A DNA stretch of 64,000 nt from the NCBI RefSeq assembly GCF_000143415.4, contig NW_003314433.1:87352-151351 (forward strand), written 5' to 3'. This document shows positions 47,375-59,891 of the stretch, piece by piece (position 1 is the first letter of the stretch; every line of letters starts with the position of its first letter). The stretch is from Selaginella moellendorffii. Lineage: Eukaryota; Plantae; Lycopodiophyta. Made by a program: the position numbers and the translations under genes. Under the pieces are notes generated by a model. That model ran no database searches, was not told the origin of the DNA, and saw nothing but the letters and a program-made list of their open reading frames with translations.

Positions 47375-50206
47375 ATGCTGCCAGATCTTGCTGGACGGAG
47401 TCTGGGCCTACACGCACAAAAGACAACGACCAGTCACTCACTGGAGCTTTGGCACGCACGCCTGGGGCATCCTAGTGCTGATAGAATCAAGCAGCTCACA
47501 CGCGAGCAGATGGTTGAAGGTCTAGACCTGGACCCAAGAGCCGTTCTTCCATTTTGCCAGGGCTGTCAGCTAGGAAAATCTACTCGCCAACCTTTCCCCA
47601 AGACTGGAGCATCTCGAGCTACAGAGCTCATGGAACTTGTACACACTGATGTGTGTGGCCCGATGGCCACCACAGCAGTGGGAGGTATCCAATACTTTAT
47701 CAGTTTCATTGATGACTACAGTCGTCGCACTATGATCTACCCTATGGCTCGCAAATCCCAATCGTTACACTACTTCCAGACTTTCAAGGATATGGGAGAA
47801 ACACAAACTGGGAAAATGCTCAAGCGATTGAGAAGTGATGGTGGAGGCGAATTCACTTCCAATGCTTTCAACCAGCTGTGTGAGCAAGGAGGGATTGTGC
47901 GAGAACTTACAACGCGAGAGACTCCACAACAGAATGGCGTAGCTGAGCGCAAGAATCGCACACTAGTGGAGAGTGCTCGGGCAATGCTACTTTCCAGTGG
48001 TTTGCCTCGCAGCTTCTGGTTTCACGCTGTCTTGACGGCGAACTATCTCCAGAACCGGCTCCCCACCTCTGCCCTTGCTGACATCACTCCTGAAGAAGCA
48101 TGGAGTGGCAAGAAACCTACAGTTACGCATCTGAGAATATTCGGGTGTGAAGCGTGGGCACACATCCCTGATGGAATGCGCAAGAAATTGGATCCCAAGA
48201 GCCAGAAGGCTGTGTTTGTGGGCTACAGCCTCGATCACAAAGCCTATCGTCTCTGGAATCCAATCACGAAGCAGGAGATCCTGAGCAGAGATGTGGTTTT
48301 CAACGAGAATTCGTTTCTTCCTTCTAGTCAAGGTTCTACTTCCAGACCTACCTTGACCGAAGAAAATGACGTTGAAGCGGAACAAGATCAGTTGACTGTC
48401 GGCACGATCACTGTGCCGCTTCAAACAGTCCCTACACAACAACCCATGCCCGCTTCTACTCCAACACCACCAACCCCGCCGCCTCCTCCAGATCCTCTAC
48501 GCAGATCGATCCGCACAAGGCGGCCTACTGAGCGTCTCATCGAGACAATGGTCTCCTCTCGTGCAGCTGGGACTCCTACTGTTCCGAGGACCTATGGAGA
48601 AGCCATGGCCTCACAGGAAGCGTCTTACTGGCGTGTAGCAATGGAAGCCGAGATTGCTTCACAGCAAAAGAACGAGACACATGTTCTTGTTCCAACTGTG
48701 CCTTCCAATCGCCAGATTATCAAGAGCATGTGGGTGTATGCTCTGAAGCTTAATCCTGATGGCTCGGTTCGCTACAAGGCGCGATTGGTGGCGAAAGGAT
48801 GCTCGCAAGTTCCTGGACTTGACTACAACGACACCTTTGCTCCAGTGGTTAAGCATTCTACTCTTCGTTCCTTGATTAATTTTGCTGCGGTGGGAGACTT
48901 TGATCTGGAACAGATGGATGTGACCACGGCGTTTCTTTATGGCGCGCTTGAAGAAGAAATCTATATGGCACAGCCAGAAGGATTTCTAGCCGCTGGAAAA
49001 GAGGATCATCTCTGGCTTCTCAAGAAAGCTGTCTACGGCTTGAAACAAGCACCCAGATCTTGGTACAAACGCTTTGACGATTTTATACTAAGTGTGGGCT
49101 TTTCCCGTAGCGAGGCAGACCCGAATCTTTATATTCAGGTGGAGGGTGAATCATTTGTGATCATCGCTCTTTATGTTGATGATACTCTTGTCATCCATAA
49201 CCATCGCTTAATGTTTCTCCAGGTTAAGCCAGATCTTTGCAGCCAATTTGAGATGAAAACTCTTGGCTCGGCTTCCTACTTTCTTGGCATGGAACTTGTG
49301 CGTGATCGCTCTCAACGCACTATCTATCTTCACCAAGCCAAGTATATAGAAGAGATGCTGGCCAGGTTTTCTATGACGAGCTCTAATCCAGTGGCGACAC
49401 CAATGGAACTAGGCTGCCAGCTTTCACGAGCCATGTCTCCTGAGACAGAGGACGACAAGAGAGCCATGGACTCCATCCCTTACAGACAAGCTGTTGGCAG
49501 TCTCATGTATCCAGCTGTTTGTACGCGCCCAGATATTTCTTTTGCCGTGAGCAAAGTTAGCCAATTCCTGGCTAATCCTGGATCTCAACATTGGGCAGCG
49601 GTGAAACGCATCTTCAGGTACCTTCGAGGTACTACTTACCTTGGATTGTGCTACCAGGGAAAAGCGCTTACCCTCACGGGCTACTGTGATGCTGATTTTG
49701 GGGGAGACTGTGACACACGCAAGTCCACCTCTGGCTATTCATTTTCCCTGGGCAGTGCGACAGTCTCGTGGTGCAGCAGGAAGCAAAGTACAGTGGCAAC
49801 CTCTAGTACTGAAGCAGAATATTTGGCAGCCTCACAAGCTACCAAAGAAGGTGTGTGGTTACGCTCACTACTTTCTAACCTTGGTGTGAGTGTGAAGACT
49901 CCCACTCGCCTCTTCTGTGACAATCAAAGCTGCATTGCGTTAGCGGCCAATCCTCGCTTTCATTCACGCACCAAACACTTTGGGATTCATCATCATTTTG
50001 TTCGTGAGAAAGTGGAAGATGGCACAATTGAGCTGATCTACTGCGACACGACCACTCAGGTTGCAGATATCTTCACAAAAGCACTACCCCGAGATCGATT
50101 TCAAGTCCATCGCGAAGGGCTGGGACTTTCTCCACTGATGAGCATCACTCGTGATGGCCACAGTGCCAGTGGGAGTGTTGAGAGTGGCCCTGTGCCACGT
50201 GGCTAG
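47375..50206 (+). CDS. Outer copia integrase-RT-RNase H (3' part of polyprotein)
   Basis: LWHARLGH, VHTDVCGP, RSDGGGEF, PQQNGVAER, YKARLVAKG, LYVDD, YCDADFGGD, ADIFTKAL. Confidence 0.96.
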   Translation: MLPDLAGRSLGLHAQKTTTSHSLELWHARLGHPSADRIKQLTREQMVEGLDLDPRAVLPFCQGCQLGKSTRQPFPKTGASRATELMELVHTDVCGPMATTAVGGIQYFISFIDDYSRRTMIYPMARKSQSLHYFQTFKDMGETQTGKMLKRLRSDGGGEFTSNAFNQLCEQGGIVRELTTRETPQQNGVAERKNRTLVESARAMLLSSGLPRSFWFHAVLTANYLQNRLPTSALADITPEEAWSGKKPTVTHLRIFGCEAWAHIPDGMRKKLDPKSQKAVFVGYSLDHKAYRLWNPITKQEILSRDVVFNENSFLPSSQGSTSRPTLTEENDVEAEQDQLTVGTITVPLQTVPTQQPMPASTPTPPTPPPPPDPLRRSIRTRRPTERLIETMVSSRAAGTPTVPRTYGEAMASQEASYWRVAMEAEIASQQKNETHVLVPTVPSNRQIIKSMWVYALKLNPDGSVRYKARLVAKGCSQVPGLDYNDTFAPVVKHSTLRSLINFAAVGDFDLEQMDVTTAFLYGALEEEIYMAQPEGFLAAGKEDHLWLLKKAVYGLKQAPRSWYKRFDDFILSVGFSRSEADPNLYIQVEGESFVIIALYVDDTLVIHNHRLMFLQVKPDLCSQFEMKTLGSASYFLGMELVRDRSQRTIYLHQAKYIEEMLARFSMTSSNPVATPMELGCQLSRAMSPETEDDKRAMDSIPYRQAVGSLMYPAVCTRPDISFAVSKVSQFLANPGSQHWAAVKRIFRYLRGTTYLGLCYQGKALTLTGYCDADFGGDCDTRKSTSGYSFSLGSATVSWCSRKQSTVATSSTEAEYLAASQATKEGVWLRSLLSNLGVSVKTPTRLFCDNQSCIALAANPRFHSRTKHFGIHHHFVREKVEDGTIELIYCDTTTQVADIFTKALPRDRFQVHREGLGLSPLMSITRDGHSASGSVESGPVPRG

Positions 50207-50325
50207 TCCACGTGGAGAGACACGAGTCTTCACCGGTTCACCATGTGACACATATGTACATTTTTCATTCCATATATGCTATGACGGATCTTGAGCACCA
50301 TCACACGGTTTCACCTTTCATTAGA

Positions 50326-51264
50326 TTCACACCTTGTCCGACGTTGCAAAGTGAGAGTTTTCGACCATCTTGAGGTAACTGCCAGACTCCAGTCACCTGA
50401 AAATTTAAATAACCTTTTTAGAAGTCCGCAGTAATTTTCCATTTTCCATAAGTACCTTGTCATATTTCTTGCGGATCTTGACGAATGCCATCACGTTCAA
50501 GGAGCTGCCAAGTGAGTTTTCAACACTTTGAGAACATGGATCAATCGTATAGAGGTCATTCACCTGAAGTTTCTTAGGAGTCGAAGCCCACGATAAAATT
50601 CGACAAAGGCCGTCTGGAGCATCTTGGCTGCTCGCTGAACCTTTCCTTTGTTGCCAGGCTCCCCTTCAAGCTCTGAGATTCGTCATCTACAACATGGCAG
50701 AGATCAAACGATTCCAAGTTAAGTGCCACAGAATTAGAGGCTGCTAGAACGAACCTTGCATAGCGATGAGCTCTTCCATTTGGATGTGAAGTTGCCGTGC
50801 TTGAGCATCGTACTCGTCTTCCTTGCATCTAAAAAACTTGTCCACTTTGTTGAGCTGATCGTCAAGGCCGAAAAAGAAGCTCTTTTCGTGATCTGATCGA
50901 GTTCCAAACAGCTCCGTCTCGTAAAAATCCTCACCATCTCCAATTCTCGTCTTGTGCACAACCTGATCGTATTGAAGTGTTTTGTTTTGTCTTTACAGTC
51001 CAGAACATCCATGGACGTTTCCGAGGATATGGATTGTTCGCAGCAGCTGCTCAGGATGGCGCTGGGATTTTGCAGCAAGTTTTGAAGCTTGCTCTTGTCA
51101 ACCGAGAAGACATTTGGATCGAACACCTTGTGCTGCTGGTTCTTGGTATGTAGGATCTGGTTTTTGATTCTCTTGACAACTTTCTTGAGCTGCTTGTAGT
51201 CGCAGTACTTCACCCACCACTCTGGGACGAGCTGGCCCTCCAGCTGCTTCTGGAACTTCACCAT
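50326..51264 (-). pseudogene. PHO1: PHO1-like SPX fragment (copy 3, inverted)
   Basis: Reverse complement of 8799-9737; [28 protein letters not shown]. The P1BS/TATA region is removed by the 52051 junction. Confidence 0.88.
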
Positions 51265-52120
51265 GTCTGAAAGCTTGGATTACCTGAGGCGAACATCGTC
51301 AAGAAAACGATCAAGCAAGAGATGAAATACCTGGAGGAAATGGTGTCAAGTTCAGAATGCCTCTTCAAACTTTTCTGGCGCCTGTGCTCTGGAAGCAGAG
51401 GAAGAACAGTGGCAGTGAGCATATGACGAGACAAATGGTGGCGTGGAATCATCAAATGCATTGTGCTGGGGAGGAGCACCACCAATTCTCACAAGAAAAC
51501 AGCACCTTAAGATCATCTCTGGAAAAAAGGAGGAAAGCCTTCTTCTCACCGAGGCCAGCGAACAATTACATAAGAATACGTTTTCCCGAGTGAAACTGAC
51601 GCAGCAGAGTGCAGGAGGAGAGAAGAAGCAAGCGATCCATTGGCCTATGGAACTAAAAAAGGAAGCAAAAGGACAGGGAATGCAGGGGAATCTACATGAA
51701 AAGAAGTTGTCGTAAGTTACACACTTACACACACTCTCACACACTTCAACTCTTTTCTTGTCAACACGAGTAATTTATGCGAGCGAAAGGGAATGAAAGA
51801 ATCATTTGAGCATCTAAAGCATGGAAGGAAGCGAGGCACGTACTCTTTCCGGAAATCACGCTTATGGAACGTTTTGTTTTGTCGGAGTCCCAATTGCTGG
51901 CGCAACCAAACTGAAAGAATTGCACAATCAATCGCAAGCCAAGCTTGGAATCGAGAGAGCTTGTTGAGTTCTTGAGGTGAGAGCCTTTTGCTCACTCAAA
52001 AACTTGGAGCCTTCTCTCCTTCTGCGAGAGGAAGAGGGAGTGGGGGAGTTTAATGATCTGTTTTAAAATAGTGTTTGTTAAAAAAAACAAAAAACTTAAA
52101 TGCTAAATACCTTTGCAGAC

Positions 52121-52224
52121 TCATATTTGTTTTCCCTCCAAGATTATGGGATGAAGAGCAAAATATTTTTCCATGATTGTCTCCTGTTTTTCTTCTTTCC
52201 CAACTGTAGTTGTCACTAGCTTAA
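52121..52224 (-). pseudogene. Last codons of LRR-Roc-COR copy 3, separated from the gene by the LTR element
   Basis: KLVTTTVGKEEKQETIMEKYFALHPIILEGKQI* continues EDVQEIF at 59897 across the CTTAA TSD. Confidence 0.9.
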
Positions 52225-52451
52225 TGTGAGACACAAAATTCCTAGGCCCCAAAGTGGAGCCCGAAGGGTGCCATGTGGTAGTGGCCGAAGCGAAAGCCAA
52301 ACGAGTGTAACACGTTTGGGCCAAAAGCTCCGACTTGAAAGGTCGAGAGCAGGAGTGGAACTCCTAACGAAGTGCTCAAGGAATGAGCACAAGGCGAGCA
52401 ATAAGCGAGGCTCCAAAAAGGGACCTAAAAGGACCAACACATGACACGTGG

Positions 52452-53056
52452 AGGAGTCTGAGATGGAGTCCGAGATGGACCCGAGGTGGAGTCCGAGATG
52501 GACCCGAGATGGAGTCTGAGGTGGACCCGAGATGGACCCGAGATGGAGTCCGAGATGGAGTCCGAGATGGACCCGAGGTGGAGTCCGAGATGGACCCGAG
52601 ATGGAGTCCGAGATGGACCCGAGGTGGAGTCCGAGATGGACCCGAGATGGAGTCCGAGATGGACCCGAGATGGACCCGAGATGGAGTCCAAGATGGAGTC
52701 CGAGATGGACCCGAGGTGGAGTCCGAGATGGACCCGAGATGGAGTCCGAGGTGGACCCGAGATGGACCCGAGATGGAGTCCGAGATGGAGTCCGAGATGG
52801 ACCCGAGGTGGAGTCCGAGATGGACCCGAGATGGAGTCCGAGATGGACCCGAGATGGAGTCCAAGATGGAGTCCGAGATGGACCCGAGATGGAGTCCGAA
52901 GTCGAGACCGAGACCGGGACCGAGACCGAGACCGAGATCGGGACCGAGACCGAGACCAAGGCCGAGACCGAGCCCGAGCCCGAGTCCGAGTCCGAGTCCG
53001 AATCCAAGTCCGAGTCCAAGTCCGAGTCCGAGTCCGAGTCCGAGTCCGAGCCTGAG
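52452..53056 (+). repeat. Minisatellite in the 5' LTR: 11/12-mers (GAG[A/G]TGGACCC, GAG[A/G]TGGAGTCC) then hexamers (GAGACC, GAGCCC, GAGTCC)
   Basis: Directly visible; explains the low-complexity six-frame ORFs here. Confidence 0.95.
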
Positions 53057-56000
53057 AGGGTGAAAGCCCAAAGCGTTCGTCTCCCAGACCCTGGGGGGTT
53101 TGGTGAGCTCCAAAAGTATAGTAGGGGGAGGACTGCAGTGGAGCCAGTTTGGCCCAGGAAGGCCGGACCCAGTGTTGGGTGATGAGCTGCCCACTGGGAA
53201 GTCCAAGACTAGAGTGAACACGGACCGACAAGCGGGGTAGCTTGGTGAAGTGTTCAAGAGCCGGCTCTAGTTCCCCCGGGAGATCGACTGGCCGATGCTC
53301 CTAGTCCAAGTGTGGGTGGCACTACCTACTTGGATACCTGGTGTGGCTCAACGGAACCCGCTCTAAGCCCATGGCTAGAGCACCCAAGGGCAGAAGGCGA
53401 GGAGAGTACCCAGGTGGCTTGCGTAAGGCCACTGTGTTTCGAAATGTTGTCCCAAAGGCCCAGACTGTGGAAAGGAAGAGGAGCAGTCCTCTGGGGTAGT
53501 GACCAAGGACACAGTCGTGTGGTGAGGAAGTCCCAGAGGACCGTGGGACTTAGTGGTCGGGCCTGTGGGTCTCAATCCAGTGGCAGTGTTGGCAAACACG
53601 GCCAGGGGCAGAAAGGGACTTAGTGGGGACTGACAGAGGGATATTGGGGAAGGCTATTCCCCTTGTCGGTGGGCATCCTAAGGATGCTAAGGAGTGGATC
53701 TCAGATGACCACTCACGGATGGTTTGCCTAGTCTTGGAGAGCCAAGACTGTGATGCAAGTGGTAATGGACTACCAGCGTGGCAAAGGTGATTGGGCATGG
53801 CCTTAGCGTAACAGACTGCCATGTCGGTGGTACCTTTGAGTGTCGGTCATGGGATCGGACACGGGGAGCACTTGGACCAAGTGCAAATGTTGAGTGGCAT
53901 GGATGCCATTCTCAGGGCTAGCAAGTCCCAAGTCCTGGATTGGACTTATGGAGGTTGTGAATGAGACTCCTCCAAGTGGTCGGAGGTGTGGTTAAGTGAC
54001 TAAAGTAGAATGGAAAATTTAGTCCCTTACAATTTGGTATCGGAGCTGTTCCTTAGTCCGACTTTTATTGGTGCTCAAGTATATCACCACTGGTGTTGGC
54101 AACGGAAGGTCTGAGAAGTGGGCCTATCCTTGAGGAGTAGTAGGTCGGGAAGACATGGCTCTCCATTACAGTTCATGTGTGAACTTGTAGACAAGGTGGT
54201 GGATAGAAAAGGGGCCAATAATGGAACGACTTTGGGATCTTGGGAACAGTGCAAGGTTTTCCTCATTGAGTTGAGGAGGTGATCCAGATGAGCGTTTGAC
54301 TCAGCAAACGGGCTAATGTAGTTGGGGTAAACAACTATAGTTGGGATCACAGGGAAGATAGAGACTCCAAAAATAATAAAGGAGTCACAAGTTTATCCTC
54401 ACATGGTTGAGGCTGGTGCTCATGAAGGTGAGACCGGAATGGATGACCGTGAGAGGTCAAGTATGGATGAGGACACGAGTTCTCGAAATGGTAACCGGGA
54501 CTACCTCTAATAAATGCTGGAACAACCCAAGGAGTTGGGGGTGTATTAAGTGGATGAGTTGGTATTCTCATCACATGGACAAGTAGTCCTAAGGGGCAAA
54601 GGTTGCCCCCAGAGAACAAAATCAAGTGTCAGAGTAACACTTGTGAAAATAGTCCTTTTGAGTAGGACAGGAATGCAAGAAGTGTATTCAAGTGAGCTAG
54701 TGCCTCACAAGTGGGACCTTACGGGTCTGTGGATTAACCAAGTCCAAAACTGCTGGATGACTCAAGTAGAGTCAAGGAATGGTCCTAAAAGGACTAATGG
54801 AAGCATTTGGACTGTACCCCATGAAGGATGGAGGGGGGATCATAGGATCCAAGGATGAGAATAGAGGGTATCTTATCGATGGCAAAATGTGCCATGCTAA
54901 AGTCGTGGGAAAGGTGTTCCCAAAAAGAAAACAACTTTGACACAAAGTTGTGTGTGACCTCTATAATGCAGTGCTAATGAATGGTTGGCATGAGAAAGAG
55001 TGGTATCGGTTTTGGCAAAGACTTAGACACAAAGAAGAAGTGTTATAGAGGTAAGCTCGTAGAGCCGATGGTGTGGAGACACCAAAGGTGCCAATGTGTG
55101 ATACCTTGAGGCTATGTTGGTGGGTTCATGGGAACCCCTTGCCAAAGGAATCCCAATAGAAATGGGAATGGCATAGCCTAAGCTGCAGAGCATGCAGTTG
55201 GAGTGTGGTGACCCAGATAATGATGGAGGTGTGGAAGCACCAGCAATGAGTTGTAGGACTTGACAACTACAAGGCAACTAAGCAAGAGGTGCAAAATAAT
55301 TGGTTAAACGGGTAGAAGGTAGCTACCCAAGCCTTCTTAATGGCATAGGGAAGTTGGATATACCTTTACGGGGGATAAGTTACTTATGTTGTGATATAGT
55401 AAGTCAATGTCATAAAAGGAAATACTCATTGTCAAGGAAGCCGTCATTGGGACACCCGAACACTCTAAAACACCAGGAGGTGGTGTTTGATGTCGCGAGG
55501 GCAGTAGATAAGGCCTAAGGGACTAAGTCCCTAGCGAATGATGGATAGTAGGTGCTATCCAAATGTCCAAGGTGGCGGAGACAGGAGAAGACTGTCTACT
55601 CGAATTGGACAAAGCCAAAAATGGAATTTTGGCAAGGCTAGCGATGGGCATGCAAAGGCTCGTAAGCAACAACGTAATCCCGGTGTGTGGGATTATAGGG
55701 TGAGCATACATGGATTGAGGAACCACTCCCTAGGCTATCGGGTAGGTTCATCCCTAAGAATACTTGCTAAGGCATGATAGAAAGTGCAAAGCTATCCTCC
55801 TGGTCTGGAGGAGAATGACTGAAGGAAAGGTGTGAAGCCAAAAGGAAGAAGTAAGGGGATAGAACCAAACCATAGGAATCGAAGGGCATAACCAATGTTG
55901 GTTATGCCAGCTGGGAATGGAGAATCAAGTGGGGGCTCGAGGGTGTTGCCGCTAGCAACCGTGATGCCATGGAGAGTCGAAAATATGGAATTGTCCATGT

Positions 56001-58317
56001 TAGACTATATGGTAATTGGAAAGCTTGCAGAAAGGGGGGCCTTAGCAAGCTAAGGGACAGAGTTCCTTCAAGGTTCCCAAAGAGGATTCTAGGTAGCTTA
56101 GTACCTAGAAAGGCCAAGTGTAAATGGTTCATGGAATGCGCGAAATCAGAGTGGCGCAGCAGAAGCGTGGTATTGAAGCTTGCCATGAGGCAAGGCTATC
56201 AAGGTTAGGGAAGTAGTTCCCGAGTGTTCAAAGAGAGGGCTTTGAACGAAAGTCGATGGTCAAGGACTTTCACGCTTATGCAGGAACCATGTTACAGTGG
56301 TCGGAGGACTTGCCAAGCGAGATTGGCAAGTCAGGGGAACAAATACCCTAGTTGAAGGTGATAACTTCAAAAAGGGTGGGCCATGGGGCCAAGCATGGAG
56401 GAGTCCATGCATGATCACAGACTTGTCAAGTGAGAGGACTTGGTAGTGTGGAGGAACTAGGTTCCTAAGTTGTGATCTGTAGCGCGCTTTAAATATAGGT
56501 TGGTGCACCGGCGTGGGGAGTCACGCCAAGCATCTTGTGTGATGCCGTCCGTAGATGCATATACGGAGGTTGGGTTCGAGTCCCGACCCTCTAGTGCTTG
56601 GGTTCGAGTCCCAAATCACTAGGGCGTGGTGATGGTTTGGAATATGAGGACACTCATATTTCGGTGGTCATGGACTCTCAGTGTGGAGACTGGTTTGGGC
56701 ACACCGCCAAGCGAGGGATGCCTCGGAGTCGTGATGCACAGTTAGATTGCTTAGTGTGAAAGCTCGGCATATTTAACTTGAACGCTTTGGTGCAACTGGC
56801 ACCAAGGTCGTGGTGAGTGAGATGGGGACACCTAATCTCAGTTGCTATGAACCCCCAAGTTGGCCGTAAGGGCTAGCTTGGGTGCACCGCCAAGTGTGGG
56901 GGATGCCCCCGGGGTTATAGTCAACAACTTGGAGGTCTAGAAGACCAAGTACCTCTTGGCAACTCTGTTAAGGTGCCAAGGTGAGATCACTAGATGATCT
57001 TATGGCCAAATAAGGACAATGTCCTTGGTTGGCTAAAGAATGAAGTTCCTGGTTTAAAATGTTGAAATTAAACTGTTTAAGGTGGTGTGGCTTGGTCGTG
57101 ATGACCAAGTGGGAAGAGCACCTAAGGGAAATAAACTATGTCCGTGCGATGGCATAGTGAGTCCAAGGAAAGTAGTCTCTATAAAAGACCCATGGGAGGG
57201 TCACGAAGTTGGGCCGTGGATAAAGCCCATAGCAGAAGATGCTAAAGAGACGTATTAGGGGTGAATATCCTTCGGACTTGGCAAAGAAGAGTCTTTGCTA
57301 TGGAACCGAAAGGATACCTCAAAAATGGAGGTAGCGATCCTATGTTGCTAGGTGCAACAATCAAGGATAGGAGCAAAGGACTAGTGGCCAAGTTTGGGCC
57401 ATGGAATTTAATGGAAGGGATCCAAATGGCAAAGTTAGCCAAGGAACACTAATGTATTCGATGTTAACAGCTTGTGGGAAAGGAAGTGGACTTCCAAGGA
57501 TGGATTCCTAAGTGCTTCAATTTGGCGAAGTAAAAGCTCCAAGTGAGGGAGTGGTAAGGTAGCCAAATGATAGAGCCATGGACAACCCTAGCACAAAGTA
57601 TGATAAATGGAACTTAGTGCCCAAGGTGGCACGAAAAAGAAGAGAGGATGCTGGTGCCCTCAAGTAATGAACTTCCTAGGATGGGGAAGTGGAGTTGCAC
57701 AATCTGTGCAATGCAAGGTGTTGGAGACACTTAGGAAATTGACTTCCAAAAGTCAAAAGAGTAAAAGTTCCAAGGTGCAAACGTTCAATAGATAGAAATT
57801 GAGATTACTCGAGGAGTAGTGGGATTGACTTAGAGAAGGGTCTCTAAGAGGTTTAGCGAGAACTAAACCAATAAAAGGAGAGAACCACTACATGTGGTCC
57901 AAAGAGTCTCTAAGTTGGGGAGACTACCCTCCTTAGAGGATGGACAAGGCATGGTGAGCCTTTGGTGTCAAACCATAGACAAAGATTGGCTAGGTGCCAA
58001 GGATGGAAATGGTAACACGTGTGGGTGTTACTTTATGAAAGGGTTTACCGTTCGATGAGGACATCGAACTTCGTCTATGGGTGGTGGAGTTGTGAGACAC
58101 AAAATCCCTAGGCCCCAAAGTGGAGCCCGAAGGGTGCCATGTGGTAGTGGCCGAAGTGAAAGCCAAACGAGTGTAACACGTTTGGGCCAAAAGCTCCGAC
58201 TTGAAAGGTCGAGAGCGGGAGTGGAACTCCTAACGAAGTGCTCAAGGAATGAGCACAAGGCGAGCAATAAGCGAGGCTCCAAAAAGGGACCCAAAAGGAC
58301 CAACACATGACACGTGG

Positions 58318-58916
58318 AGGAGTCTGAGATGGAGTCCGAGATGGACCCGAGGTGGAGTCCGAGATGGACCCGAGATGGAGTCTGAGGTGGACCCGAGATG
58401 GACCCGAGATGGAGTCCGAGATGGAGTCCGAGATGGACCCGAGGTGGAGTCCGAGATGGACCCGAGATGGAGTCCGAGATGGACCTGAGGTGGAGTCCGA
58501 GATGGACCCGAGATGGAGTCCGAGATGGACCCGAGATGGACCCGAGATGGAGTCCAAGATGGAGTCCGAGATGGACCCGAGGTGGAGTCCGAGATGGACC
58601 CGAGATGGAGTCCAAGGTGGACCCGAGATGGACCCGAGATGGAGTCCGAGATGGAGTCCGAGATGGACCCGAGGTGGAGTCCGAGATGGACCCGAGATGG
58701 AGTCCGAGATGGACCCGAGATGGAGTCCGAGATGGACCCGAGATGGAGTCCGAAGTCGAGACCGAGACCGGGACCGAGACCGAGACCGAGATCGGGACCG
58801 AGACCGAGACCAAGGCCAAGGCCGAGACCGAGCCCGAGCCCGAGCCCGAGTCCGAGTCCGAATCCGAGTCCGAGTCCGAGTCCGAGTCCGAGTCCGAGTC
58901 CGAGTCCGAGCCTGAG
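58318..58916 (+). repeat. Same minisatellite in the 3' LTR
   Basis: Directly visible; one 12-mer fewer and one 6-mer more than the 5' LTR, consistent with LTR lengths of 1807 and 1801. Confidence 0.95.
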
Positions 58917-59891
58917 AGGGTGAAAGCCCAAAGCGTTCGTCTCCCAGACCCTGGGGGGTTTGGTGAGCTCCAAAAGTATAGTAGGGGGAGGACTGCAGTG
59001 GAGCCAGTTTGGCCCAGGAAGGCCGGACCTAGTGTTGGGTGATGAGCTGCCCACTGGGAAGTCCAAGACTAGAGTGAACACGGACCGACAAGCGGGGTAG
59101 CTTGGTGAAGTGTTCAAGAGCCGGCTCTAGTTCCCCCGGGAGATCGACTGGCCGATGCTCCTAGTCCAAGTGTGGGTGGCACTACCTACTTGGATACCTG
59201 GTGTGGCTCAACGGAACCCGCTCTAAGCCCATGGCTAGAGCACCCAAGGGCAGAAGGCGAGGAGAGTACCCAGGTGGCTTGCGTAAGGCCACGGTGTTTC
59301 GAAATGTTGTCCCAAAGGCCCAGACTGTGGAAAGGAAGAGGAGCAGTCCTCTGGGGTAGTGACCAAGGACACAGTCGTGTGGTGAGGAAGTCCCAGAGGA
59401 CCGTGGGACTTAGTGGTCGGGCCTGTGGGTCTCGATCCAGTGGCAGTGTTGGCAAACACGGCCAGGGGCAGAAAGGGACTTAGTGGGGACTGACAGAGGG
59501 ATATTGGGGAAGGCTATTCCCCTTGTCGGTGGGCATCCTAAGGATGCTAAGGAGTGGATCTCAGATGACCACTCACGGATGGTTTGCCTAGTCTTGGAGA
59601 GCCAAGACTGTGATGCAAGTGGTAATGGACTACCAGCGTGGCAAAGGTGATTGGGCATGGCCTTAGCGTAACAGACTGCCATGTCGGTGGTACCTTTGAG
59701 TGTCGGTCATGGGATCGGACACGGGGAGCACTTGGACCAAGTGCAAATGTTGAGTGGCATGGATGCCATTCTCAGGGCTAGCAAGTCCCAAGTCCTGGAT
59801 TGGACTTATGGAGGTTGTGAATGAGACTCCTCCAAGTGGTCGGAGGTGTGGTTAAGTGACTAAAGTAGAATGGAAAATTTAGTCCCTTACA

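Larger units (their letters stand above)
41021..50325 (+). mobile_element. Ty1/copia LTR retrotransposon (outer), full length, interrupted by a nested copia
   Basis: 150-bp LTRs at 41021-41170 and 50176-50325 (3 mismatches seen). TSD TTCAC at 41016-41020 and 50326-50330. PBS TGGTATCGGAGC at 41171. Domain order gag-PR-INT-RT-RH. Confidence 0.97.
52225..59891 (+). mobile_element. Non-autonomous LTR retroelement (LARD-like, possibly gypsy-derived)
   Basis: LTRs at 52225-54031 and 58091-59891 (TG..CA). TSD CTTAA at 52220-52224 and 59892-59896. PBS TGGTATCGGAGC at 54035-54046. The 4-kb interior has no ORF much above 100 aa. Confidence 0.93.

Noticed and set aside
52452-52900. CRISPR-like array
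   Set aside because: Units are contiguous with no unique spacers, there are no cas genes, and the context is a eukaryotic LTR.
52216-53257. Long ORFs rich in SR, GL, SP and ES dipeptides (also 58028-59117)
   Set aside because: Open in nearly all frames on both strands because the minisatellite lacks stops; not evidence of coding.
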